From assembly GCA_048940445.1 (NCBI GenBank), contig JBHLON010000028.1:1-48509 (forward strand): 48,509 nt of DNA. The letters are read 5' to 3'. The notes beneath the pieces were generated by a model. It did not search any database. It saw only the letters and a program-made list of their open reading frames with translations, and was not told the origin of the DNA. How positions within the stretch are numbered: the first letter of the stretch is position 1; every line of letters starts with the position of its first letter. Shown piece after piece: positions 30,336-39,622 of the stretch. A program made the position numbers and the translations under genes. Source of the stretch: Promethearchaeota archaeon. GTDB lineage: Archaea; Asgardarchaeota; Lokiarchaeia; Sigyniarchaeales; SOKP01.

Positions 30336-31706
30336 ATGAATTTACATGCAGAAGATATTCCACATTGGAATATTTGGTTTACAGATGAACTCTTAAGAAT
30401 AATATCTTCTTCCCCACATGAAAAAATACATGAATTGTTTAGATCATATGCTAGTTTTTCAAGGATGGACTATCTTTTTTCTTTAAAGAAGAATTATTTG
30501 CAATGTAAGAGGAAGAAAAAATGGGCTCATAAACCTATTGCTATAAATATATTAGAATCTATGAAGAATTCAGTTAGAAATAATATTAATAAATGGAAAA
30601 TCTCCTATCCTTCAATTTTTAAAGAACTTAATGAAGTAGAAACAAAGTTGGTCGGCATAATTAACTTATATCATAAATTATTTAATCCTAAACAAAGCTC
30701 TTTTTCTTGGATCCGAAAATATCACCCAGATCTGAATGTTAGTTACTTTGCAAATATTGAAACTCACCAACAGGCTTATTGGCTAGGTTTTTTAATAGCA
30801 GATGGATGGATCACTCTCATTCATAAACAAAATAATAATTATTATGAAATAGGATTTGGTCAGAACAAAAAAGATGAAGAAAGAGTGTTTAAATTTGTAA
30901 AAGATTTAGGTTTAAATAGAAAATATATTAGAGATAAACCAATTGATTGTCCAATTGGAAGATCAAATAAAAAAACTAAATTATCTGTGATAACTTTTTA
31001 CTCTGGAAATGTAAGTGATAAAAGATCTATGGCAAATGATTTAATTAGGTTAGGTATGAAATATAAGTACGATTTAGATAATAATAGGAGAAAAAAAACC
31101 CCTGAATTAGCTATTTTAAGAAATTATAATCTGATGATTGCCTATCTTCTTGGCCTTTATGATGGTGATGGGACATTAGCATATAATAAAAAAGATGGTA
31201 GAATTTCACCTTCAATTGCCACTTCAAATAAATTATTCCTTATACAAATTAAAGAATATTTCAAAATACATAATAAAATCCAAAAAACTAAAACTTGTTA
31301 TAAGCTTAATTTAGAAAAAGAAATATTTAAGCAGATGATGTCGATAAATGTTGATTCAATGAAAAGAAAGCGAGTATCTCTGGAAAAGTTAAATAAACCG
31401 AAGATTACAAAACAAAGAAAGTGGTTGATATCAAATTTTACAGAAGATGATTTAAAATCACTTTTTAGAGTTATATCCCCAAGTAAAGCTAGTAAACTTT
31501 TAGGAATTCATCGTGAGACACTAGTTTCATTTGTGAAGAAATACTACAATATAGAATTCCCAAATAAGAGTTATTATAATCAATTAGCAACCTATTATCA
31601 AATACATGGAAAAGATGCAGCGCATTATTCAGAGTTGATGTATTGGAATAAATTTTTAAGAAAAATTGGTAAATATTCGAACATAGGACATCAGCCAGAG
31701 TTATAA
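30336..31706 (+). CDS. Free-standing double-motif LAGLIDADG endonuclease-family protein with C-terminal HTH
   Basis: AYWLGFLIADGWI and AYLLGLYDGDGTL motifs; C-terminal PSKASKLLGIHRETLVSFVKK helix-turn-helix; very basic. Confidence 0.8.
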   Translation: MNLHAEDIPHWNIWFTDELLRIISSSPHEKIHELFRSYASFSRMDYLFSLKKNYLQCKRKKKWAHKPIAINILESMKNSVRNNINKWKISYPSIFKELNEVETKLVGIINLYHKLFNPKQSSFSWIRKYHPDLNVSYFANIETHQQAYWLGFLIADGWITLIHKQNNNYYEIGFGQNKKDEERVFKFVKDLGLNRKYIRDKPIDCPIGRSNKKTKLSVITFYSGNVSDKRSMANDLIRLGMKYKYDLDNNRRKKTPELAILRNYNLMIAYLLGLYDGDGTLAYNKKDGRISPSIATSNKLFLIQIKEYFKIHNKIQKTKTCYKLNLEKEIFKQMMSINVDSMKRKRVSLEKLNKPKITKQRKWLISNFTEDDLKSLFRVISPSKASKLLGIHRETLVSFVKKYYNIEFPNKSYYNQLATYYQIHGKDAAHYSELMYWNKFLRKIGKYSNIGHQPEL

Positions 31707-31729
31707 ACTTTTTTATTGCGCATTAAGTA

Positions 31730-32134
31730 TTAGTCTCCTTGGATTTGGATATAAATTTTCCTGTTTCGAGGTCCATCAAATTCTGCGAAATAACAGCCTT
31801 GCCACGTTCCTAAAATTAGATTTCCATTATGTATGATAATATCTAGAGAAGGCCCGGTTAAGCTTGATTTTATATGAGCATCAGAATTGCCCTCCATATG
31901 AGAAAAACTTGAGCTTTGAGGTATTAGTTTACTCAGAAAAGCAATAATATCTCGCATCACAGCGGGGTCAGCATTTTCATTTATAGTAATACCTGCTGTT
32001 GTATGAGGGACAAAAATCCGACATACTCCTTCCTTAATACCAGTACTTTTGAGAATTTTGTTGATTTCATTAGTGATATTTATAAGTTCTTCCCTTTTTT
32101 GCGTTTTAATCCTAAATTCTTCGAATGTTATCAT
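31730..32134 (-). CDS. yjbQ: YjbQ/UPF0047 family protein
   Basis: PHTTAGITINENADP, HMEGNSDAHIKSSL and LGTWQG..FAEFDGPR motifs. Confidence 0.95.
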   Translation of the reverse strand: MITFEEFRIKTQKREELINITNEINKILKSTGIKEGVCRIFVPHTTAGITINENADPAVMRDIIAFLSKLIPQSSSFSHMEGNSDAHIKSSLTGPSLDIIIHNGNLILGTWQGCYFAEFDGPRNRKIYIQIQGD

Positions 32135-32362
32135 AAGATTTTATAAGATTATAAAATATTTTAATGTTCAATCATAGACAAAATTAAGCTCTGATTAGTT
32201 TAATGATTAGAATCTTAATGAAATTTTAAAACTAAACAGACGTAAAATTAAAAATAAATTCTGACAATGTTTGATTGAATTGAAACTGTAAAAAATAAAA
32301 TTATATAAGCTTTATATAAAAAATCATCTTCTTTACAATAAAACAATTTTCTTAGAAATCAG

Positions 32363-34207
32363 ATGAAAGTAAAAAATAAATATATTTTAAAAGATAAAAA
32401 AGTAATCTTTTTTATGATATTGTCCATATCATTAACTATTTTTTCGATTATGAACTATAGCTTACTCGCACTTCATAAAATTGACTTAAATCAGACGGGG
32501 ACTAATGATACAATTAAACATACAAAAGAAAATATACTCAGTAGTAATACTTATCAATTAGTTGATCCAATAAATATTTCATCATGGAGTGATTGGGCTC
32601 TTTATCCTTATATTTCTGGAAATGGCACTGATTCAAACCCATTTATTATAGAAAATATTGAAATAAACGGTACAGGAAGTAAGACGATGCAATCAGGCAA
32701 CGATACTTTACTCGATTATACATACAGAGGGATCTTTATTGATGCAAATGGTTCATTTATTATTCAGAATTGTAAAATATCCCATATGTCTATTGGGATT
32801 TACTTACATATTGGCATATCTCCAGGAACATATCATATTAGAAATGTTGAGATTAATAGTTGTAGTATAGGAATTTATAGTAGATGGCCACATGTTGTAG
32901 TAAATATCTCTAATTGCTATATTCATGATTGCAATTGGGTTTCCATTAAAGCTAAACTAGAGATTTACAACCATTTTGATTATGGTGGAGTTGGTATTTG
33001 GGTCAGATCTGATGCTGGTTCTATTGAAGATTGTCTAATTGAAAATTGTGCCATTGGGATGACTGCAGGATTAGTAAATGTTACCAATAATACATTTATA
33101 AATTGTGGGATTGTGCCTGATTATATATACTTATACCTTACAGAATATGACAGTAGCAATACAGTTAATGGGAAACCGATAGGTATCTTTGGGGGATATT
33201 ATGGAGATGAGAATTTAATTTTTACACAAAGTAATGCATCCCAGTATGGTCAATTAATTTTTGCAGTATGTGATAACCTAACTCTTTCAAACATTCACAT
33301 CACTGATCCCTGTAGTATTGGAATTCAAATATTTTCTCTTGGTTTTAACCAATCAACTCATCTGAATGATATTATAATTGAAAATCAAAAACTAGGAATG
33401 TATATCACTGGACGTAATATAATTGGAGATAATCTATATAGTAAAAACTGTGATGCTGGATTCTATTTTGCTCATGTACTGGATAGTAAATTTACTAAGG
33501 TGTTAACAGATAATACTGAAATCCCTATTTATGCAATAACGGCGATCACAAATGTTACTATTGAAATTGAACAATCTACTAAATTTTATTTAGTTGATGA
33601 TATGGCTTGGTATGGGGATAAGCTACATGTTGAGTCATTAGACACATCTTATAACGTGTCAATATCTTATATTCCAGAATTAGGAAAGCAAGGTTACATG
33701 CTTCAATTTAATGATACTGGAATTTATCAGGCTAGCCTAATTTTGCCACCGACTTATGATATTGTAGCTAATTTTACAATAATATCAATCTATAATCAAA
33801 CAGAACCAGATGATATCACCTCACCAGTTATTACTATTAATGAACCTAATAATGCAGATATATTTACAACAACACCTCCGAGCTATAATATCGATATAGT
33901 TGAATCTAATATAGATTCTGTGTGGTATACCATGAATAATGGAGTAAATAATATCACAATTACCTCATTAAGTGGTATTCTTGATGAGACCATTTGGAAT
34001 GCACTACCTTATGGTGTAGTAGCGATTACCTTTTATGCTAATGATACTGCTGGAAATATCGGATCTGCGACTGTTTTTATATATAAGAACGAATCTACAA
34101 CCGATGGAGAAAAAGGGATCCCCGGAGCTCATCCTGTTATTATCATGCTGATTGTAGCTCTAGGAGTTCTTGGTTTAAGTTTGCAAAGAAAACAAAAACT
34201 AAAATAA
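32363..34207 (+). CDS. Secreted surface protein: right-handed beta-helix (NosD/PbH1), Ig-like domain and Loki-CTERM-type C-terminal anchor
   Basis: N-terminal signal/TM, GNGTDSNPFIIEN, I.NC.I repeats, ITFYANDTAGN Ig-like module, C-terminal IPG + TM + basic tail; many NxS/T sequons. Confidence 0.82.
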   Translation: MKVKNKYILKDKKVIFFMILSISLTIFSIMNYSLLALHKIDLNQTGTNDTIKHTKENILSSNTYQLVDPINISSWSDWALYPYISGNGTDSNPFIIENIEINGTGSKTMQSGNDTLLDYTYRGIFIDANGSFIIQNCKISHMSIGIYLHIGISPGTYHIRNVEINSCSIGIYSRWPHVVVNISNCYIHDCNWVSIKAKLEIYNHFDYGGVGIWVRSDAGSIEDCLIENCAIGMTAGLVNVTNNTFINCGIVPDYIYLYLTEYDSSNTVNGKPIGIFGGYYGDENLIFTQSNASQYGQLIFAVCDNLTLSNIHITDPCSIGIQIFSLGFNQSTHLNDIIIENQKLGMYITGRNIIGDNLYSKNCDAGFYFAHVLDSKFTKVLTDNTEIPIYAITAITNVTIEIEQSTKFYLVDDMAWYGDKLHVESLDTSYNVSISYIPELGKQGYMLQFNDTGIYQASLILPPTYDIVANFTIISIYNQTEPDDITSPVITINEPNNADIFTTTPPSYNIDIVESNIDSVWYTMNNGVNNITITSLSGILDETIWNALPYGVVAITFYANDTAGNIGSATVFIYKNESTTDGEKGIPGAHPVIIMLIVALGVLGLSLQRKQKLK

Positions 34208-34307
34208 TTTATTTCTTTTTAATTTTTTTTCCAACTTTTTGAAAGATATCATAAGGGATTATCGTATATAAAAATATACTAATATGAATATAATCCCATA
34301 AAGCATT

Positions 34308-35081
34308 TTAGAATTTTCCATGTTTTCCTTTTCCTAAAGTAAAATCCTTGCTTCCTTCAAGATATTCTCCACTTTCTAATGTATTTAAGCCATATTCAAA
34401 TTCTTTTTTCATTGCTTCTTCTATACTCATGCCAAATTGTTCATAAGTTGACAATCTGTCGTTTCGCATACAGGTTTGGGGAAAGGATGCTATCTCACTA
34501 GCTAATCTTTCAGCTTCTTTTCTTGTGGTTCCATCTTTTACGATTCTATTTGCTAATCCCCATTCAAATGCTTCCTGGGCAGAAATAGGTCTACCAGTTA
34601 AAATCATATCTAAAGCTCTGCTTAATCCAATTAACCTTGGAAGCCGAATTGTACCCCCGTCAATTAGTGGTACACCAAATCTACGAGAAAAGACTCCAAA
34701 TATTGCACTCTTTTCAACCACGCGTAGATCACACCATAGGGCAAGTTCCAAACCTCCAGCAACAGCATATCCAGCCACTGCAGCAATAACTGGTTTGGAA
34801 AGCATCATTCTTGAGGGCCCCATAGGAGCATCTCCACTTCTATCTATTCTATTGCCAAGTCCCTGGTTAATAGCTTTCAAATTTGCACCTGAACAAAAAT
34901 TACCATTTGCACCATATAAAATTGCAACAAGTGCTTCATTGTCCCCTTCAAAATTTCTAAATGCATCAGCAAGTTCTAATGCTGTAGCACCATCAACAGC
35001 GTTTCTTACATGTGGATTATCTATAATTATTATGTATATTTTACCCTTATCTCCACTCTTTTTCTCAATTCTAATTCCCAT
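34308..35081 (-). CDS. Enoyl-CoA hydratase (crotonase family)
   Basis: FCSGANL, AVAGGLELALWCDLR and RRFGVPLIDGGT motifs. Confidence 0.92.
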   Translation of the reverse strand: MGIRIEKKSGDKGKIYIIIIDNPHVRNAVDGATALELADAFRNFEGDNEALVAILYGANGNFCSGANLKAINQGLGNRIDRSGDAPMGPSRMMLSKPVIAAVAGYAVAGGLELALWCDLRVVEKSAIFGVFSRRFGVPLIDGGTIRLPRLIGLSRALDMILTGRPISAQEAFEWGLANRIVKDGTTRKEAERLASEIASFPQTCMRNDRLSTYEQFGMSIEEAMKKEFEYGLNTLESGEYLEGSKDFTLGKGKHGKF

Positions 35082-35126
35082 ATCAATTAAAAAGAAACTC
35101 AGTTTTTATAAGTTTTCAAACTTATT

Positions 35127-36017
35127 TTGAATAAGATGAATAATAAAAACATTAATTTATCTTTCGAGTTTCAGGAAATTACTCCTCATACGATTATTGC
35201 AAATTATAAAGATTGTTTCAAGCTAAATGCTGGAGCTGTTATCTTAAATAACTTTATCCTTGTGATTGACACTTTATTATATCCCAGACAATCTAAAGAA
35301 TTTAGAAAAAAATTAGAAAAGAAGTATAATTTACCAGTAAAGTATTTATTCATTACTCATTCTCATAGTGATCATTACTTTGGTGTTAGCTCATTTCAAG
35401 ACGTAGAAATTTTCGGGTCTAATATCTTGATTGAAGTCTTAAAAAGAAAAAGAGAAAAAAATTGGACAAAAAAAGCATTCAATGAATGGAAGAAAAGTGA
35501 ACCTGAATTTTCAGAAATAATTGATGAAATCGAAATTATCATTCCTAATTTTGGTTTTGAAAATCAATGGATTTTAAAGGATAATGATTTGACTGTAGAA
35601 TTTTATACATCCGGAGGTCATACTGAGTGTTCATCATATGCATATTTTCCAAGTGAGAATACTTTATTTACAGGAGATTTAGTAGCCTCAGGATATTGGC
35701 CATTTATAAGTGACCCAAATGAAAGTTTTGAGGGATGGATAAACTCGTTTAAGCATATGTTAACACTAAAAGTTAATACTATTATACCAGGTCATGGACC
35801 TTTAGTAGGAAAAAATTACATTAGTGAACAACTTTCATTTATGTTAAAGTTAAAAAAGGCTGTTTTGAGAAACATATCTGAAGGAAAAGGTTTTGAGCAG
35901 ATAATAATACCAGAATATCCTTATGAACCCGCCGAAGACTGGCAGATCCCAAAGGCATTAGAACATTTGGAAAATTATTATTCCAAAAAAGTAAATAGTT
36001 TAAAAAAAGAGATTTAA
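35127..36017 (+). CDS. Metallo-beta-lactamase fold hydrolase (cyclase-like)
   Basis: THSHSDH, GGHT, FTGD and IPGHG motifs. The start could be ATG 35136. Confidence 0.9.
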   Translation: MNKMNNKNINLSFEFQEITPHTIIANYKDCFKLNAGAVILNNFILVIDTLLYPRQSKEFRKKLEKKYNLPVKYLFITHSHSDHYFGVSSFQDVEIFGSNILIEVLKRKREKNWTKKAFNEWKKSEPEFSEIIDEIEIIIPNFGFENQWILKDNDLTVEFYTSGGHTECSSYAYFPSENTLFTGDLVASGYWPFISDPNESFEGWINSFKHMLTLKVNTIIPGHGPLVGKNYISEQLSFMLKLKKAVLRNISEGKGFEQIIIPEYPYEPAEDWQIPKALEHLENYYSKKVNSLKKEI

Positions 36018-36024
36018 AATAAAG

Positions 36025-37113
36025 TTATTTCTGGTTTGTTAAATATTCATTCATTTCTACAAAAGAACTTGTTCTAATAAGAGCTGCTTTCAAAAACTGG
36101 AATCCTATATCGTAAGTAGATCCATCTCCTCCGATATGTATCAAGTAAGGTACTTCTCCATCAAATTCCCCTTTCGACTTTAATATCTTATATGTTGTAC
36201 TTATTGCTTCTGCTATTGTAGCACCACTTTCAAATAAATGATGAACCCAAGGTACCTTCCAAGATGTAACAAAATCTTTTGAAGTGGATACTTCTACACA
36301 ACTAGTATTATTTACATAGATAACATTATTTCCAGCAACAGCCGTGGCAGCGGTAGCCATTTGATTTAAAACCATTCCAGCACCACAACCAGGACATAGC
36401 CCATGACCAGGATACAAATGCTGTTGAGGTTCTAAACTCTTCCTATTGACGCGATAGATATCTACAGGTTTTTCTGCTCCAAACCTTTCAATTAATCCTT
36501 TAAGCTTTTTATTTCTTTGTTCAGCTAAATAGATAATCTCATCTATTTCTTTCTCCATAAATTTAGGTTTAAAAAGATGTTTGAATCTTCCCATTGATTT
36601 TAAATACTCAACAAATTTGTCTTTATCAATATCTAATCCTCTATAGTAAGAAAAAGTAGGAATTCCATCTTTCACTCTTATTGTATACAATGGCCAATAT
36701 CCACAATCAGTCGCTAACTTTGAAATTTTTACCGCATCTTCTGCGTCATGACGCCACCCTCTCATACAATCTGAATATGCTTGTAGAAAGGCAGAACCAT
36801 TAGTTTTTAGAGCTTCTACGACTTTACCAATCATATCATTTGGATATGCAGGATTTATAGTTGCTAAAAATAAAGATTTAGTTCCAAAAAAAGCAAAGGG
36901 AGTAACTAAATCTTGCTTTATCCCTATTTTTCCAGGAATTTTTTCTCCTCCAGGACCAGTTGTAGTAGATGCATAGGGTGGTGTTGCTCCTGACTCTTGA
37001 ATACCAGTATTCATAAAAGCTTCATTATCATAATTTAAAAATAATACATTAGCCTTCTCGTCTCTTGCTAAGAGATCTTCCAGCTTAATTACATTTCTTT
37101 CCTCTTTTAACAT
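36025..37113 (-). CDS. porB: Pyruvate/2-oxoacid:ferredoxin oxidoreductase beta subunit, circularly permuted
   Basis: All PorB motifs are present but in swapped order: YDNEAFMNTG..SGATP and C..GW come first; PGHGLCPGCG, TSC and GGDGSTYDIG come last. Confidence 0.9.
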   Translation of the reverse strand: MLKEERNVIKLEDLLARDEKANVLFLNYDNEAFMNTGIQESGATPPYASTTTGPGGEKIPGKIGIKQDLVTPFAFFGTKSLFLATINPAYPNDMIGKVVEALKTNGSAFLQAYSDCMRGWRHDAEDAVKISKLATDCGYWPLYTIRVKDGIPTFSYYRGLDIDKDKFVEYLKSMGRFKHLFKPKFMEKEIDEIIYLAEQRNKKLKGLIERFGAEKPVDIYRVNRKSLEPQQHLYPGHGLCPGCGAGMVLNQMATAATAVAGNNVIYVNNTSCVEVSTSKDFVTSWKVPWVHHLFESGATIAEAISTTYKILKSKGEFDGEVPYLIHIGGDGSTYDIGFQFLKAALIRTSSFVEMNEYLTNQK

Positions 37114-37115
37114 AC

Positions 37116-38339
37116 TTACTTTTCCACCCCAGAGATTTTATTTTTAGTTTCTCTTACACCTAAATATTCATAAAGACGTCCGTTCATATCAGTGACTTTT
37201 TCCATCTTCTTTTTAGCAATATCAAATTCGTCTCTAGTCACATCTCTACCTCCTAATCCTACAATAAATGCTCTAAATAACGTCCCTAATGGATATAGAG
37301 AGGTTGCTACGGAACTAGAGAAAGGAGGAAGAATATTGTTCAGCGAATCGGATTTTTCAAGGATTATTAATTTTTCTAAGTTATGTCGTTTCACGATTTC
37401 TTGTAATTCTGCGTATGGAAATGGTCTATATGCTCTTAGTTTTATTAAACCAACATCCTTGTTCTTTGTCATCCAACTAATTATATTTCCACACATTGAT
37501 CCTGCAGTAATAAATGCCATCTTTGATGAATTATCCAAATTATATGTCTCAATCAGATTGTATTCTCTTCCAGTCGCTTTTTTGAATTCTTCAAATGATT
37601 TTCTCATAATATCAAATACAGGCTTCTTTGCCTCATCTAAATTTTTTCGACCCTCCATGAAAAAACTAGGAGTAACAATACCTCCCCAAGTACCTGGATG
37701 TTTCGGGGTTATAGTATGCCTTGGCTTTTTTGGAGTTAATTTCTGTACAATCTCATCAGGAATTAACATTAATTTTTGCACTGAATGAGAGATAATAAAG
37801 CCATCATGAACAAACATAGTCGGAAATAAGGAATTTTCAGAAATCATAACTGCTAAAATAGCAGCATCATATGTCTCTTGTACATTCTCAGAAATTATAC
37901 AATTCCAACCAAAGTCAACTAACAGGAACTCCCATGAATTCCAAATTGATAAATTGGGAGCGTTAAATGCCCTTGCAGAAATCATCATCGTTAAGGGTAC
38001 TCTCCATCCAACAGGCATGGGCAACGCCTCAGCCATAAGTAAATATCCCTGAGACGCTGTAGCTGTAAAAGTTCTAGCACCTGCCGCGCATGCTGCAGTA
38101 GAGTAACTCATTGCTGCAAGTTCAGACTCAACATTAACAAATGCTGCTTTAAGTCTACCTTGATTTACCACGTCAGATAATCCTTCAACAGCCTGAGTTT
38201 GTGGAGTTATCGGAAAAGCACATATTACATCAGGATTTGTTTGAGTAACTGCACCAGCTACGGCATAATTACCAATCATGGCAGTTTCAATAGGTTCTTT
38301 TATTTCTTTAAAAAATAATTTCATTGGCTCAACTGACAT
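37116..38339 (-). CDS. porA: Pyruvate/2-oxoacid:ferredoxin oxidoreductase alpha subunit
   Basis: AFPITPQT, VESE, TATASQG, DGFIISH, RPFP and GLGGRD motifs. Confidence 0.93.
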   Translation of the reverse strand: MSVEPMKLFFKEIKEPIETAMIGNYAVAGAVTQTNPDVICAFPITPQTQAVEGLSDVVNQGRLKAAFVNVESELAAMSYSTAACAAGARTFTATASQGYLLMAEALPMPVGWRVPLTMMISARAFNAPNLSIWNSWEFLLVDFGWNCIISENVQETYDAAILAVMISENSLFPTMFVHDGFIISHSVQKLMLIPDEIVQKLTPKKPRHTITPKHPGTWGGIVTPSFFMEGRKNLDEAKKPVFDIMRKSFEEFKKATGREYNLIETYNLDNSSKMAFITAGSMCGNIISWMTKNKDVGLIKLRAYRPFPYAELQEIVKRHNLEKLIILEKSDSLNNILPPFSSSVATSLYPLGTLFRAFIVGLGGRDVTRDEFDIAKKKMEKVTDMNGRLYEYLGVRETKNKISGVEK

Positions 38340-38341
38340 AT

Positions 38342-39340
38342 TTATTCACCTTGTGTTTCTTCAGGAACAGCACATGATGCTGGACCTTGCTTTAATCTTT
38401 TACTAATTGCATTTACTGGACAAGTATTTAAACAATTTAAACAAGATTTGCAATGAAAATTATCTATTCCAGTCATATGCCATAAGCCATCATCTCCTTT
38501 TTCTCGTACAATTGCAAAATCGGGGCATATATACCAGCATTGTGCACAATCAGTACAAGTTTCTTTATCCCATATTACATCCCATTCTCCCCATGATCCT
38601 GTATTTACTTGATCACTTCCTACATTTATTACACTCTCATCGCAATACCAGACTCCTGCTTTATCAAGTTCTTTAAAACCAGGTAATGATGGGAATACTT
38701 GATGCCATGCTACTTTAGTATCTATGGCGAAATCCAATTCAACCCCACTCTCATATATACATGCCTCATCATATGCTCTTTTAATAGCTTCAACGTTCTT
38801 TGCTGCAATCTCACCTCTAAAACGTCGCATGATGGCATCATTTAATTGCTCCAAACTAAAAAGATGAGAAACTCTAACTAAAGCCCCTAGAATGATGGTA
38901 TTGGTTATATTTCTACCTAATACCTCCATAGCTATATTTGTTGCATCAATTGTGGTAACATTAACGTCTTTTCTCTTTACGATATCTTGAATTTCAAGTT
39001 GATTCATAACTGTATTTATTATTAACCAACCACCATTAGGAAGACCTGCTGTAACATCAACTTCAGTTAATAGAGAAGGATCTAAAATACATACAAAATG
39101 AGGTACATAAACTTGTTCATTCGAACGTACCAAATCTTCATTATAAGATAATCTTACATAGCTTTCAGTAGGAGTTCCTTGGCGTTCAGCTCCAAACATT
39201 GGTTGGCAGACACCATATCCACGAAATGCTTCAACACATAAATTACTCGCAGTAACACCTCCTTGACCTCCTCTTGCATGAAAACGTAAATTGATATTAA
39301 TATCCTTCAAAATTTCATTAATTTGCTCTGGATTAAACAT
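38342..39340 (-). CDS. Fused gamma-delta subunit of pyruvate/2-oxoacid:ferredoxin oxidoreductase (PorC-PorD)
   Basis: RFHARGGQGGVT, FGAERQGTP and NTIILGA (gamma), followed by NTGSW and two CxxCxxCxxxCP ferredoxin motifs (delta). Confidence 0.92.
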   Translation of the reverse strand: MFNPEQINEILKDININLRFHARGGQGGVTASNLCVEAFRGYGVCQPMFGAERQGTPTESYVRLSYNEDLVRSNEQVYVPHFVCILDPSLLTEVDVTAGLPNGGWLIINTVMNQLEIQDIVKRKDVNVTTIDATNIAMEVLGRNITNTIILGALVRVSHLFSLEQLNDAIMRRFRGEIAAKNVEAIKRAYDEACIYESGVELDFAIDTKVAWHQVFPSLPGFKELDKAGVWYCDESVINVGSDQVNTGSWGEWDVIWDKETCTDCAQCWYICPDFAIVREKGDDGLWHMTGIDNFHCKSCLNCLNTCPVNAISKRLKQGPASCAVPEETQGE

Positions 39341-39622
39341 AATTCAATGCATTCCATAATTTTTATTTAAGATAATAACTAACATAAAAAAAAATATTAC
39401 TAGAAAATTAAGGTTTACCCCAATAACTTATAAATTCTAAAATTGAAAGGTATTAAGTAATTAAGTCGCTATTTTATTAATAAGTACTTTTTAATTTCAA
39501 TTTCTACCTAGTATTCTCAACGAGAATGCTCTTTTAACCATTGTAAAAAATTTTCAGAAAAATACTCAAACTTTTTTGATTTATTTCTTTCATATTATTA
39601 CGTAATAAGATACTTAAATAAA

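Noticed and set aside
30336-31706. LAGLIDADG ORF as part of an intein or intron
   Set aside because: No intein splice-junction motifs and no interrupted host gene or rRNA/tRNA flanks.
34525-35130. 201-aa + strand ORF antisense to the crotonase
   Set aside because: Shadow ORF rich in S/P/A/I from reverse-complement codons; no motifs.
37192-37788. 198-aa ORF antisense to porA
   Set aside because: Shadow of a conserved gene; no independent signal.
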